NCBI GenBank assembly: GCA_044361315.1
Contig: JBIKJA010000012.1
Coordinates: 380-64,379 of the forward strand
Direction: 5' to 3'
Length of the DNA: 64,000 nt
Source: Crocinitomix sp.
Lineage (GTDB): Bacteria; Bacteroidota; Bacteroidia; Flavobacteriales_D; Crocinitomicaceae
Below the pieces are notes generated by a model, which made no database searches, was not told where the DNA came from, and saw nothing but the letters and a program-made list of their open reading frames with translations. Shown piece by piece: positions 32,813 through 41,689 of this stretch. Made by a program: the position numbers and the translations under genes. Every line of letters begins with the position of its first letter. Positions within the stretch are counted from its first letter, which is position 1.

Positions 32813-33172
32813 ATGGAAATTGGGCTGAACGGAGAGTATTGGGTTGTTTACACCAATGATGATGGTTGTTCTGTTACTACTGATAGAATTGATAGCCAGA
32901 TTATTATTACCGATGTTAGTGTAAAAGAAAACGAATTACCACTTTTGGTGAAAGTTTATCCAAATCCTGCAACATCAACCGTTTTTGTTGAGTTTGATGG
33001 GCAATTAGATGCGATTCTTATGTACGGTATGGATGGTAGTTTGATTTACAAACCCCAAAATATCGATACCGGAATTACTCAAATGGATTTAGACTTTTTA
33101 CCAGCAGGAACGTATTTACTTCAATTGTTAAAGGATGATCAAGTGGTGATTAAAAAAATCATCAAACAATAA
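32813..33172 (+). pseudogene. 3' fragment of a T9SS cargo gene (type A C-terminal sorting domain)
   Basis: VYPNPA...G.YLL....KKIIK CTD preceded only by ~45 aa of an Ig-like stub; no signal peptide or promoter space. Confidence 0.7.
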
Positions 33173-34444
33173 TTAACTTTTAACAAACTCATCAACAGTT
33201 TCCAAAAAAGCATCAATTTCTTGATAAGTGTTGTAAATATGGGTTGAGATTCTCAAACAATTTATATTGTTCTCCGGCACGTAACGTGTGGTGATTAATT
33301 TATCTGAACATTTTTTTTGCAATTCGCTTAAATCTCGGTTCTTTATTTTAAATGAAACTTGTGCACCTCTCGACTGAGCTTCTGTTGGCGTCAACATTTG
33401 AATGGCGGGATTTAAGTTGATTAAGTGGTCTTGTAAATAAGTCGCTAATTTTCGAACACGAGCTTCGATATGATTTCTTCCTATCTGGTTTTGAAAATGG
33501 ATGGCTGCGGAAATGCCTTTAAACAATGCAGCGTTTTGAGTGCCATAATAATACCGATGCCCGTTATCGACGTACCCTTTTAATTGAGGATTTTCTGCGT
33601 GCATATCCCAACCTGTGTCCATGCCACCCCCACCATAATAGGCTTGTACTTCATTTCTTTTGGCTGCAGAAATATATAAAAATGCCGTTCCTTTTGGACC
33701 ATTCATCCATTTATGGCAACAACTCGCATAGAAATCACATCCTAAATCTTTCATGTCAATAACAATCATTCCAGGAGGATGAGCCCCATCAATGAAGCTA
33801 TAAATACCAAGTTCCTTCGTAATTTGACAGATTTCTTTAATGGGCAATATTTGCCCGATGGTACATGGAATATGAGGTAAACTAATTGCTTTTGTTTTCT
33901 TAGAGATTATTTTTTTAAAATTTTCAATCGTCTCTTCTGCCGTAAAACCTAAATCGAACGTTTTGATCACGATACCATCAATTTTTGCACGGTTAAGCCA
34001 TGGTCCAGCGTTCCCTACGTGTTCATGTTTGGTCAGAATTACTTCATCTCCTTTTTTTAAATTTAATCCCCAACAAATGATATTAATTCCCTCGGTTACA
34101 TTTCTCGTCAAGCTGATTTCGTCCGTTGCACTGCCAATAAATTTTGACAAGGATTCGATTGCCTCTTCTTCGTTTCCTCCATATCGCCCCGTTGATTCGA
34201 TTAAAAACATTTCATCTTGAAGTGTATTTAATACTCGAAATGGAGACGGTCCCATGGTGCCATTGTTCAAAAAGATTCTCTCAGAAGTTAAGGGAAATTG
34301 AGCGCGTACCGCTTTCCAGTAATTTTCATCATCCGAAAAAATAGCAGGCAGTTCGTCGTTTTGCCCCTTCAGGTTAAATTGAGGAAGGGTGATTGCTCCA
34401 GCCATTAAGAAACTGTTTCGTATAAATGATCTTCGGTTTGACAT
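33173..34444 (-). CDS. Aminotransferase class V (PLP) enzyme with Tat signal
   Basis: SNRRSFI twin-arginine leader; FLNNGTMG, DGAH, CCHKW. Confidence 0.85.
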   Translation of the reverse strand: MSNRRSFIRNSFLMAGAITLPQFNLKGQNDELPAIFSDDENYWKAVRAQFPLTSERIFLNNGTMGPSPFRVLNTLQDEMFLIESTGRYGGNEEEAIESLSKFIGSATDEISLTRNVTEGINIICWGLNLKKGDEVILTKHEHVGNAGPWLNRAKIDGIVIKTFDLGFTAEETIENFKKIISKKTKAISLPHIPCTIGQILPIKEICQITKELGIYSFIDGAHPPGMIVIDMKDLGCDFYASCCHKWMNGPKGTAFLYISAAKRNEVQAYYGGGGMDTGWDMHAENPQLKGYVDNGHRYYYGTQNAALFKGISAAIHFQNQIGRNHIEARVRKLATYLQDHLINLNPAIQMLTPTEAQSRGAQVSFKIKNRDLSELQKKCSDKLITTRYVPENNINCLRISTHIYNTYQEIDAFLETVDEFVKS

Positions 34445-34622
34445 GGTTGTAATTTTCTGTGATGGAACAAACTTAAGAGAAAATATTAATTTTCAACCAA
34501 CTCAATCAAACTTCCTGTTTTTAGATGCAAAAAAAGGAATAAGTTTGTGGTCAATTCTCCCCAAAGTTCTTTCTATCAATTTTGACTCATCACCTAAAAA
34601 ATAAATTAAAAAATATTTAATA

Positions 34623-34638
34623 ATTATGCTTGCATAAT
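34623..34638. promoter_or_regulatory. Palindromic operator overlapping the marR-fad promoter
   Basis: ATTATGC-TT-GCATAAT perfect inverted repeat covering the -33 TTG; TAACTTTG -7 box at 34652-59. Confidence 0.7.
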
Positions 34639-34679
34639 AAATTATAAATAATAACTTTGAAGAAATACAACTAGTTTAA

Positions 34680-35153
34680 ATGAATAAAGAGCAACTTTTC
34701 GAGTTTCACGTTAGAAATAATTGGTTTAAAATATCGCGTTATTACAATCAAGTTGCTGCGGAGTATGGGATGACATTTTCTTGGGGTTTTATTTTGCTTA
34801 ACATTGAAAAGGGAGGCACGCCAAGTACGGCTTTAGGGCCAAAAATGGGTATGGAACCAACGAGTTTGTCAAGGACGTTAAAAAATATGGAGGAGAGTGG
34901 GTTGATTATCAGACAAGGTGATGATTCGGATAAAAGAAAGGCCTTGGTTTTTTTAACTCCTGAGGGCGTTGAGAAAAGAAAATTGGCAAAAAATGTGGTG
35001 CTTGATTTTAATGAAAAAATTTATGAAAGTTTACCAAAAACAAAAATTAAAGCATTTTTTGAGGTAATGCAAAAAGTAGATGATTTATTGTGTAACTTGT
35101 TGGAAGATAAACGAAGCGTTTTAAAAAATAGCGCCAAAATTATAGAAGAATAG
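34680..35153 (+). CDS. MarR family regulator
   Basis: Winged HTH: TSLSRTLKNME..GLI.R....DKR. Confidence 0.9.
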   Translation: MNKEQLFEFHVRNNWFKISRYYNQVAAEYGMTFSWGFILLNIEKGGTPSTALGPKMGMEPTSLSRTLKNMEESGLIIRQGDDSDKRKALVFLTPEGVEKRKLAKNVVLDFNEKIYESLPKTKIKAFFEVMQKVDDLLCNLLEDKRSVLKNSAKIIEE

Positions 35154-35174
35154 CGATTTGTAAAAATTACTGAT

Positions 35175-37577
35175 ATGAATAAAAAAATTAGGAAAGTAGC
35201 GGTGTTAGGTTCAGGTGTGATGGGATCTGCGATTGCTTGTCATTTTGCGAATATCGGATGCAGTGTTTTACTGCTAGATATGGCTCCAAAGGAGTTGACC
35301 GATGAAGAAGTAAAAAAAGGATTGACATTAGATCACAAGTCGGTTAAAAATAGATTAGTGAATAATTTTTTTAATGCTGCTTTGGTATCCAAACCTTCTC
35401 CAATTTACCGAAAATCCTTTGCTTCTAGAATTGAAATAGGAAATTTTGACGATGATTTTTCTAAAATCAGTGCCTGCGATTGGATTATTGAAGTTGTGGT
35501 TGAGCGCCTTGATATTAAAAAAATCATATTTGATAAGGTTGACCAATATCGCTCAAAAGGAAGTTTGGTCAGTTCAAACACTTCTGGTATTCCAATTCAT
35601 TTGATGTTAGAAGGCAGAAGTGAAGACTTTCAAAAACACTTTTGTGGGACCCACTTTTTTAATCCGCCAAGGTATTTGCGCTTGTTAGAGGTGATTCCAA
35701 CGCCCAAAACAGCACCAGAAGTTGTTGACTTTTTTATGCATTACGGCGCACGTTTTTTAGGTAAAAAGACTGTGCTTTGCAAAGATACGCCAGCTTTTAT
35801 TGCCAATAGAGTGGGTGTTTATTCAATTATGTCGTTGTTTCATTTGGTTGAGGAAATGAATTTATCGATTGATGAGGTGGATAAATTAACTGGACCCGTG
35901 CTTGGAAGACCAAAATCGGCGACGTTCAGAACGTGCGATGTGGTAGGATTGGATACCTTGGTTCATGTGGCAAATGGGGTGCGAGAAAATTGTCCGAATG
36001 ATGAAGAAAATGCTCAATTTTTATTGCCAACCTACATTACAAAAATGGTTGAAAATGGCTGGCTTGGATCAAAATCTAAACAAGGTTTTTATAAAAAGGA
36101 TACCGCTTCAGGAACAGGTGAAATTTTGTCGCTGAATTTAAAAACGCTTGAATATGGACCAAAACCAAAAGTTGATTTTCCAGTAATGGCTCAAACCAAA
36201 TCAATAGACGATTTAGCGCAACGGACTAGAGTTCTTTTTGCTGATAAAGGTAGAGCTGGGGAATTTTACAGAAAAGCATTTTCGGGGTTGTTTTCATACG
36301 TGTCATATCGAATTCCAGAAATTTCAGATGAATTATACAAAATTGATGATGCAATGAAAGCTGGTTTTGGATGGGAATCGGGTCCATTTGAAACATGGGA
36401 TTTAGTTGGGGTAGAGAATTTTGCAAGTAGCATAAAAGCGGAAGGAAAAAATGTCGCTGGTTGGATTCAAGAAATGTTGACAGCAGGAATTAAATCTTTT
36501 TATAAAGTAGAAAATGGCGTGCGCTTTTTCTATGACATTCCTTCAAAGGCTTACAAAATTATTCCAGGAACTGAAAATTTAATTTTCTTAGACAATTTAA
36601 GATCTACAAATACGGTTTGGCAAAATAATGATTGTCATTTGATTGATTTAGGAGATGGCATTTTGAACTTAGAATTCCATACCAAAATGAATACCATTGG
36701 CGGTGGCGTGCTGCAAGGAATAAATAAAGGAATTGAGTTAGCAGAGCAATCATATAAAGGCTTGGTGATTTCAAATACGGGTCAAAATTTTTCGGCAGGT
36801 GCCAACGTAGGACTCATATTTATGATGGCAGTGGAGCAAGAGTATGATGAGCTGAATTTTGCCATCAAACAGTTTCAAGACACCATGATGCGAATTCGGT
36901 ACTCGGCATGTCCAGTAGTCGTGGCTCCGCATAATATGGCTTTAGGTGGCGGTTGCGAAATGTCAATGCATGCTGACAAGGTAGTGGCTCATGCAGAATT
37001 ATATATGGGATTGGTGGAGTTTGGTGTTGGTTTAATTCCAGGCGGCGGCGGTACAAAAGAATTTGCCAAACGATTTTCTGACAATTTGAGAGAAGGAGAT
37101 GTACGAATTAATGCCTTTAGAACGAGCTTTTTGACGATTGGACAGGCACAAGTATCCACATCTGCTTACGAAGCATTTGATTTAGGGTATTTAAGAAAAG
37201 GCATCGATGAGGTAGTGATTGATCGGGATTATCAATTAACACGTGCTAAAGAAGCCTGTTTATCGCTTTATAATGCAGGGTATACGCAACCAGTTAAGGA
37301 AAAAAACATCACCGTTTTGGGACAAGAAGGGCTTGGAATTGTATACGTGGGGGCAGACACCATGGCGCATGGAAATTACATTTCGGAACATGACAAGTAT
37401 ATGTCGGAGAAACTTGGGTTTGTATTAGCTGGCGGCGATTTATCCGAATTAACGTTGGTAGACGAGCAGTATTTACTCGATCTTGAACGCAAAGCATTTT
37501 TGGATTTATGTACAAAGAAAAAAACGCTCGAACGCATCCAGTCGATTGTAACAAAAGGAAAAATATTAAGAAATTAA
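35175..37577 (+). CDS. 3-hydroxyacyl-CoA dehydrogenase / enoyl-CoA hydratase (FadN-like)
   Basis: GSGVMG, EVVVE, SNTSG, HFFNPPRY; C-terminal crotonase ALGGGCE, GLVEFGVGL.P. Confidence 0.92.
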   Translation: MNKKIRKVAVLGSGVMGSAIACHFANIGCSVLLLDMAPKELTDEEVKKGLTLDHKSVKNRLVNNFFNAALVSKPSPIYRKSFASRIEIGNFDDDFSKISACDWIIEVVVERLDIKKIIFDKVDQYRSKGSLVSSNTSGIPIHLMLEGRSEDFQKHFCGTHFFNPPRYLRLLEVIPTPKTAPEVVDFFMHYGARFLGKKTVLCKDTPAFIANRVGVYSIMSLFHLVEEMNLSIDEVDKLTGPVLGRPKSATFRTCDVVGLDTLVHVANGVRENCPNDEENAQFLLPTYITKMVENGWLGSKSKQGFYKKDTASGTGEILSLNLKTLEYGPKPKVDFPVMAQTKSIDDLAQRTRVLFADKGRAGEFYRKAFSGLFSYVSYRIPEISDELYKIDDAMKAGFGWESGPFETWDLVGVENFASSIKAEGKNVAGWIQEMLTAGIKSFYKVENGVRFFYDIPSKAYKIIPGTENLIFLDNLRSTNTVWQNNDCHLIDLGDGILNLEFHTKMNTIGGGVLQGINKGIELAEQSYKGLVISNTGQNFSAGANVGLIFMMAVEQEYDELNFAIKQFQDTMMRIRYSACPVVVAPHNMALGGGCEMSMHADKVVAHAELYMGLVEFGVGLIPGGGGTKEFAKRFSDNLREGDVRINAFRTSFLTIGQAQVSTSAYEAFDLGYLRKGIDEVVIDRDYQLTRAKEACLSLYNAGYTQPVKEKNITVLGQEGLGIVYVGADTMAHGNYISEHDKYMSEKLGFVLAGGDLSELTLVDEQYLLDLERKAFLDLCTKKKTLERIQSIVTKGKILRN

Positions 37578-37618
37578 CGAATTGGATAATCAACGCCTAA
37601 CTAAAAAAGAGTAAACGT

Positions 37619-38797
37619 ATGAAAACAGCCTTCATAGTAAAAGCATATCGAACGGCAGTTGGGAAAGCCAGCAAGGGAGGATTTCGTTTTTCCCGTCCAG
37701 ATGATTTAGCAGCCGAAGTAATTAAACATATATTGTCCGAAGTTCCGGAATTAGACCAAGAATTAATTGACGATGTGATTGTTGGAAACGCAATGCCTGA
37801 AGCCGAGCAAGGGTTAAATGTTGGGCGTTTTATTTCGTTGATGGGATTAAATACCAACAAGGTGCCAGGAATGACTGTTAACAGGTATTGTTCGTCAGGA
37901 ATTGAAACCATGGCCATTGCAAAGGCAAAGATTGAAGCCGGTTTGGCAGATGTAATCATTGCAGGTGGAACAGAATCCATGTCGGCAATTGCCATGGGGG
38001 GATGGCGAGTGGTACCAAATGCAAAAATTGCAAAGGTTCACGCCGATTGGTATTGGGGAATGGGAAATACAGCTGAAGAAGTTGCCAAACAATTTGGAGT
38101 TTCGCGCGAAGCGCAAGATGAATTTTCAGTTCAATCGCATTTAAAAGCTCTAAAAGCCATTAACGAAGGCAAATTTGAAAGTGAAATTGTGCCCATTCAT
38201 GTAAACGAAGTTTATATTGATGAAAATGGAAAAAGAGCAGAACGAATAACCATTATTAAAACAGACGAAGGCCCACGTATAGGAACTTCGATGGAAGGGT
38301 TGTCGAAATTGCGACCAGTTTTTGATGCAAAAGGAACCGTAACAGCAGGAAATGCTTCTCAAATGTCAGATGGGGCAGCTTTCTGTTTAATGATGTCGGA
38401 AGAAATGGTAAAAAAGTTAAACCTACAACCGATAGCGCGCTTGGTTTCGTATAAAGTGGTAGGTGTTGAACCTCGAATTATGGGAATTGGTCCTGTAAAG
38501 GCGATTCCTGGTGCAGTGGAAATGGCTGGTTTAAAATTGAATGATATTGATTTGTTTGAATTAAATGAAGCCTTTGCATCACAATCGTTAGCAGTAATCA
38601 AAGAAACTGGCATTGATCCGACAAAAGTGAATGTAAATGGAGGCGCCATTGCATTAGGGCATCCACTTGGATGCACAGGAGCAAAATTGTCGGTTCAGAT
38701 TATGAATGAATTAAAACGAACAAATGGCAAATATGGCGTTGTGACAATGTGTATTGGAACTGGTCAAGGAGCTGCTGGTGTGATTGAATTATTATAA
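37619..38797 (+). CDS. fadA: Acetyl-CoA C-acyltransferase (thiolase)
   Basis: NRYCSSG, NEAFA, GGAIALGHP, MCIGTGQG. Confidence 0.92.
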   Translation: MKTAFIVKAYRTAVGKASKGGFRFSRPDDLAAEVIKHILSEVPELDQELIDDVIVGNAMPEAEQGLNVGRFISLMGLNTNKVPGMTVNRYCSSGIETMAIAKAKIEAGLADVIIAGGTESMSAIAMGGWRVVPNAKIAKVHADWYWGMGNTAEEVAKQFGVSREAQDEFSVQSHLKALKAINEGKFESEIVPIHVNEVYIDENGKRAERITIIKTDEGPRIGTSMEGLSKLRPVFDAKGTVTAGNASQMSDGAAFCLMMSEEMVKKLNLQPIARLVSYKVVGVEPRIMGIGPVKAIPGAVEMAGLKLNDIDLFELNEAFASQSLAVIKETGIDPTKVNVNGGAIALGHPLGCTGAKLSVQIMNELKRTNGKYGVVTMCIGTGQGAAGVIELL

Positions 38798-39252
38798 TGA
38801 TTAAGGAAGCAGTTACCATACGAAAGGCACGTGTTGAAGAAATTAAATCGCTTCGTCATTCGGTTTTATGGCCACATTTGGAAAGTATAGATCAATGCGA
38901 AATTGCACCGGATCGGTTAGAAAGTACTTTTCATGTTGCGGCGTTTATTGGCGATAAAATTGTGGGAACATCCACTTTTATAGTTGATATCAATGCGAAT
39001 TTTGAGGAGAAAAATCAATATCGGTTACGCGCAATGGCAACGGCGCCTGAAGTAAGAGGTTGGGGGGTAGGCGCGCGAATTATTGAAGAGGCAGAAAAAG
39101 AATTAAGACAGAAAGCAATAAAATTACTGTGGTGTGATGCACGGTTGATTGCCACAGGATTTTACGAAAAGCAAAATTTTAAAATGAAAGGTGAGGTTTA
39201 CCAAGTGCCTAAAATAGGACCACATAAATTAATGTATAAAGAAATTAAATAA
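38797..39252 (+). CDS. GNAT family N-acetyltransferase
   Basis: RLRAMAT....RG.G.G, LWCDAR, FYEK. Confidence 0.85.
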   Translation: MIKEAVTIRKARVEEIKSLRHSVLWPHLESIDQCEIAPDRLESTFHVAAFIGDKIVGTSTFIVDINANFEEKNQYRLRAMATAPEVRGWGVGARIIEEAEKELRQKAIKLLWCDARLIATGFYEKQNFKMKGEVYQVPKIGPHKLMYKEIK

Positions 39253-39258
39253 ATTGAT

Positions 39259-41058
39259 ATGGAAGAGAATAAGGCAATAAAAGGTGGAGAATTTATTATT
39301 CGAGAAACAAATTATAAAGCAATTTTTACGCCGGAAGATTATAACGAAGAACAACGCATGATTGCGCGGACGTGTCTTGATTTTATTCGGCAAGAAATTG
39401 ATCCAATATTGGACAGAATTGATGGAATGGAAGCTGGTTTAATGCCTAGCTTAATTGAAAAAGCTGGCGAACTTGGGGTGTTAGGGATGTCGGTTCCAGA
39501 AGAATATGGTGGAATGGGAGCTGATTTCCCAACGTCGATTTTGGCGACGGAATATTTAGGAAGAGGTCATTCTTTTTCTGTGGCGTATGGCGCACACACA
39601 GGAATTGGAACTTTACCGATTTTGTATTACGGTACCGAGGCACAAAAACTAAAATATATCCCAAAATTGGCAAGTGGCGAATGGAAAGCAGCCTATTGTT
39701 TGACAGAACCTAGTTCTGGTTCGGATGCAAATTCAGGTAAAACCAACGCCAAATTGTCTGCTGATGGGAAAAATTATATTTTGAATGGCCAAAAAATGTG
39801 GATTACAAATGCAGGTTTTGCCAATGTATTTACCGTTTTTGCTAAAATTGATGGGGATGAAAATTTAACCGGTTTTATTGTGGAAGCAAATTCGGCAGGA
39901 ATAACCTTGAACCCAGAAGAAAAAAAGATGGGAATTAAAGGATCATCGACCCGCCAAGTGTTTTTTAACCAAGTGGAAGTGCCAGTTGAGAATTTATTAG
40001 GCGAGCGAAACCAAGGGTTTAAAATTGCCTTGAATATTTTAAATATTGGACGAATTAAACTTGCTGCGGGTGTTTTGGGTGGTGCAAAGGAAGTCATCAA
40101 TCATTCGATTAAATACGCGAATGAACGAGAACAATTTGGCAGATTAATTTCAAAATACGGCGCAATTCGTCATAAAATTGCCGAACAAGCCATTCGTACG
40201 TTTGCCCTAGAATCAGCAGTTTATCGTGCTGCGGCCGATATTGACCATGCCATTCATACAAAAATTAGTGAAGGCATGGACAAACAAAAAGCGACTTTGA
40301 AAGGAATTGAAGAGTTTGCGGCTGAATGTGCGATGTTAAAAGTTGTTGGATCTGAAGTATTAGATTTTTGTGCAGACGAAGGGGTTCAAATTTTTGGTGG
40401 AATGGGCTATTCGGCCGAATCAACAGTTGAGCGAGCTTACCGCGATTCGAGAATTAACCGAATTTTTGAAGGCACTAACGAAATTAACCGCTTGTTGACA
40501 GTGGATATGATTTTAAAGAAAGCCATGAAGGGAGAACTTGATTTAATGGGACCTGCCATGGCCGTTGCCAATGAATTAATGAGTATTCCTGATTTTGATG
40601 AAGGAACAGGCGCTGCTTTTGAAAAAGAGAAAAAATACATTAGCAATTTCAAAAAAACCTTGATGATGGTGGCAGGAACGGCTGCGCAAAAATTGATGAT
40701 GCAGCTCACAAAAGAGCAAGAAATTTTGATGAACATTGCAGACATTGCGAATGATATTTATGTGGCAGAATCATTGTTACTAAGGGTTGAAAAAATGGTG
40801 CATGCCAAAGGATTAGAGCAAAGCCAAGTTTATGTGGCCATTTTAAATACCTATATTTTTGACGCAGCAGACCGAATTAACAAAGCAGGAAAAGATGCCT
40901 TGATTAGTTTTGTGGAAGAAGATGAATTGCGCATGATGTTGATGGGCTTAAAACGCTTTACAAAAGTTGATCCGTTTAATATTAAAACTGCCCGCCAGTT
41001 AATTGCCAGTAAATTAATTGATAAGGGCGATTATTGCCTTTCAGATGCAATTAACTAA
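39259..41058 (+). CDS. Acyl-CoA dehydrogenase
   Basis: YCLTEP.SGSD, NGQKMWITN, KMGIKGSST, GGMGYS.E, RIFEGTNEI. Confidence 0.93.
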   Translation: MEENKAIKGGEFIIRETNYKAIFTPEDYNEEQRMIARTCLDFIRQEIDPILDRIDGMEAGLMPSLIEKAGELGVLGMSVPEEYGGMGADFPTSILATEYLGRGHSFSVAYGAHTGIGTLPILYYGTEAQKLKYIPKLASGEWKAAYCLTEPSSGSDANSGKTNAKLSADGKNYILNGQKMWITNAGFANVFTVFAKIDGDENLTGFIVEANSAGITLNPEEKKMGIKGSSTRQVFFNQVEVPVENLLGERNQGFKIALNILNIGRIKLAAGVLGGAKEVINHSIKYANEREQFGRLISKYGAIRHKIAEQAIRTFALESAVYRAAADIDHAIHTKISEGMDKQKATLKGIEEFAAECAMLKVVGSEVLDFCADEGVQIFGGMGYSAESTVERAYRDSRINRIFEGTNEINRLLTVDMILKKAMKGELDLMGPAMAVANELMSIPDFDEGTGAAFEKEKKYISNFKKTLMMVAGTAAQKLMMQLTKEQEILMNIADIANDIYVAESLLLRVEKMVHAKGLEQSQVYVAILNTYIFDAADRINKAGKDALISFVEEDELRMMLMGLKRFTKVDPFNIKTARQLIASKLIDKGDYCLSDAIN

Positions 41059-41115
41059 AAGCCGAACAGCCGATTTAAAGTTTAGGCTCTAAAAGTATAT
41101 TAATGCACTCAAGCC

Positions 41116-41227
41116 GCAAAAGGGATATGAGTGGAGCTCTTTTTTATCATAAAAAAAGCGGGAACGATAGCCCGACCTCCTTTCTTACCCAATGTTTCAA
41201 CATGGGGTAAGAAAGGAGGATTTGCCC
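41116..41227 (+). ncRNA. Structured intergenic element, copy E4 (Flavo-1-like)
   Basis: GCAAA..TTTGC closing stem, GGG..CCC pair, GAGCTC[T6/A-tract hairpin]AGCG, AGCCCGACC, perfect 13-bp stem 41178-90/41205-17, 3' GCCC. Confidence 0.65.
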
Positions 41228-41300
41228 GAAAAATAAAAAAATCAACTTTAATTTGTCCAATTCTTTAAATAGTAAAATGTCCTTATCTTTGGAACCAACT

Positions 41301-41678
41301 ATGTCAGATTTGAACCTCCAAATAGATGCAAATGAGTGGGTGGATGCTTATGCAGACTCTTTATTTAATTACGCTAATTTGCGTGTAAATGATGTTGATT
41401 TAGCGAAGGATTTGGTTCAAGACACGTTTGTTGCTGGCTTAAATTCAATTGCTAATTTTAAAGGTGAAAGTTCGATTAAAACTTGGCTCTTTTCTATTTT
41501 AAAACGAAAAATCATTGATCATTGGCGAAAACAAGAATCGCGAAAAACATCACCAATTAGCTTTTTTGAAAAATCAGGCTTAAAAAAAGGAGGGTTTTTA
41601 GAAGGACACAGTCCGCAAGGTTTTGCCTTGAGTTTTGTCTTGATTTTTACTTATTATTGTGTTTTCAATTATACTTAA
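41301..41678 (+). pseudogene. ECF sigma factor truncated after region 2, ending in a hydrophobic tail
   Basis: AKDLVQDTF, WLFSILKRKIIDHWR sigma2 motifs; no sigma4 HTH. After ~41620 the frame reads FALSFVLIFTYYCVFNYT-stop. Confidence 0.65.
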
Positions 41679-41689
41679 ACCATTAAAAT

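Noticed and set aside
37597-37995. Long antisense ORFs over thiolase, mgtE, purA, clpB and others
   Set aside because: Shadow frames opposite well-conserved genes, with no independent motifs.
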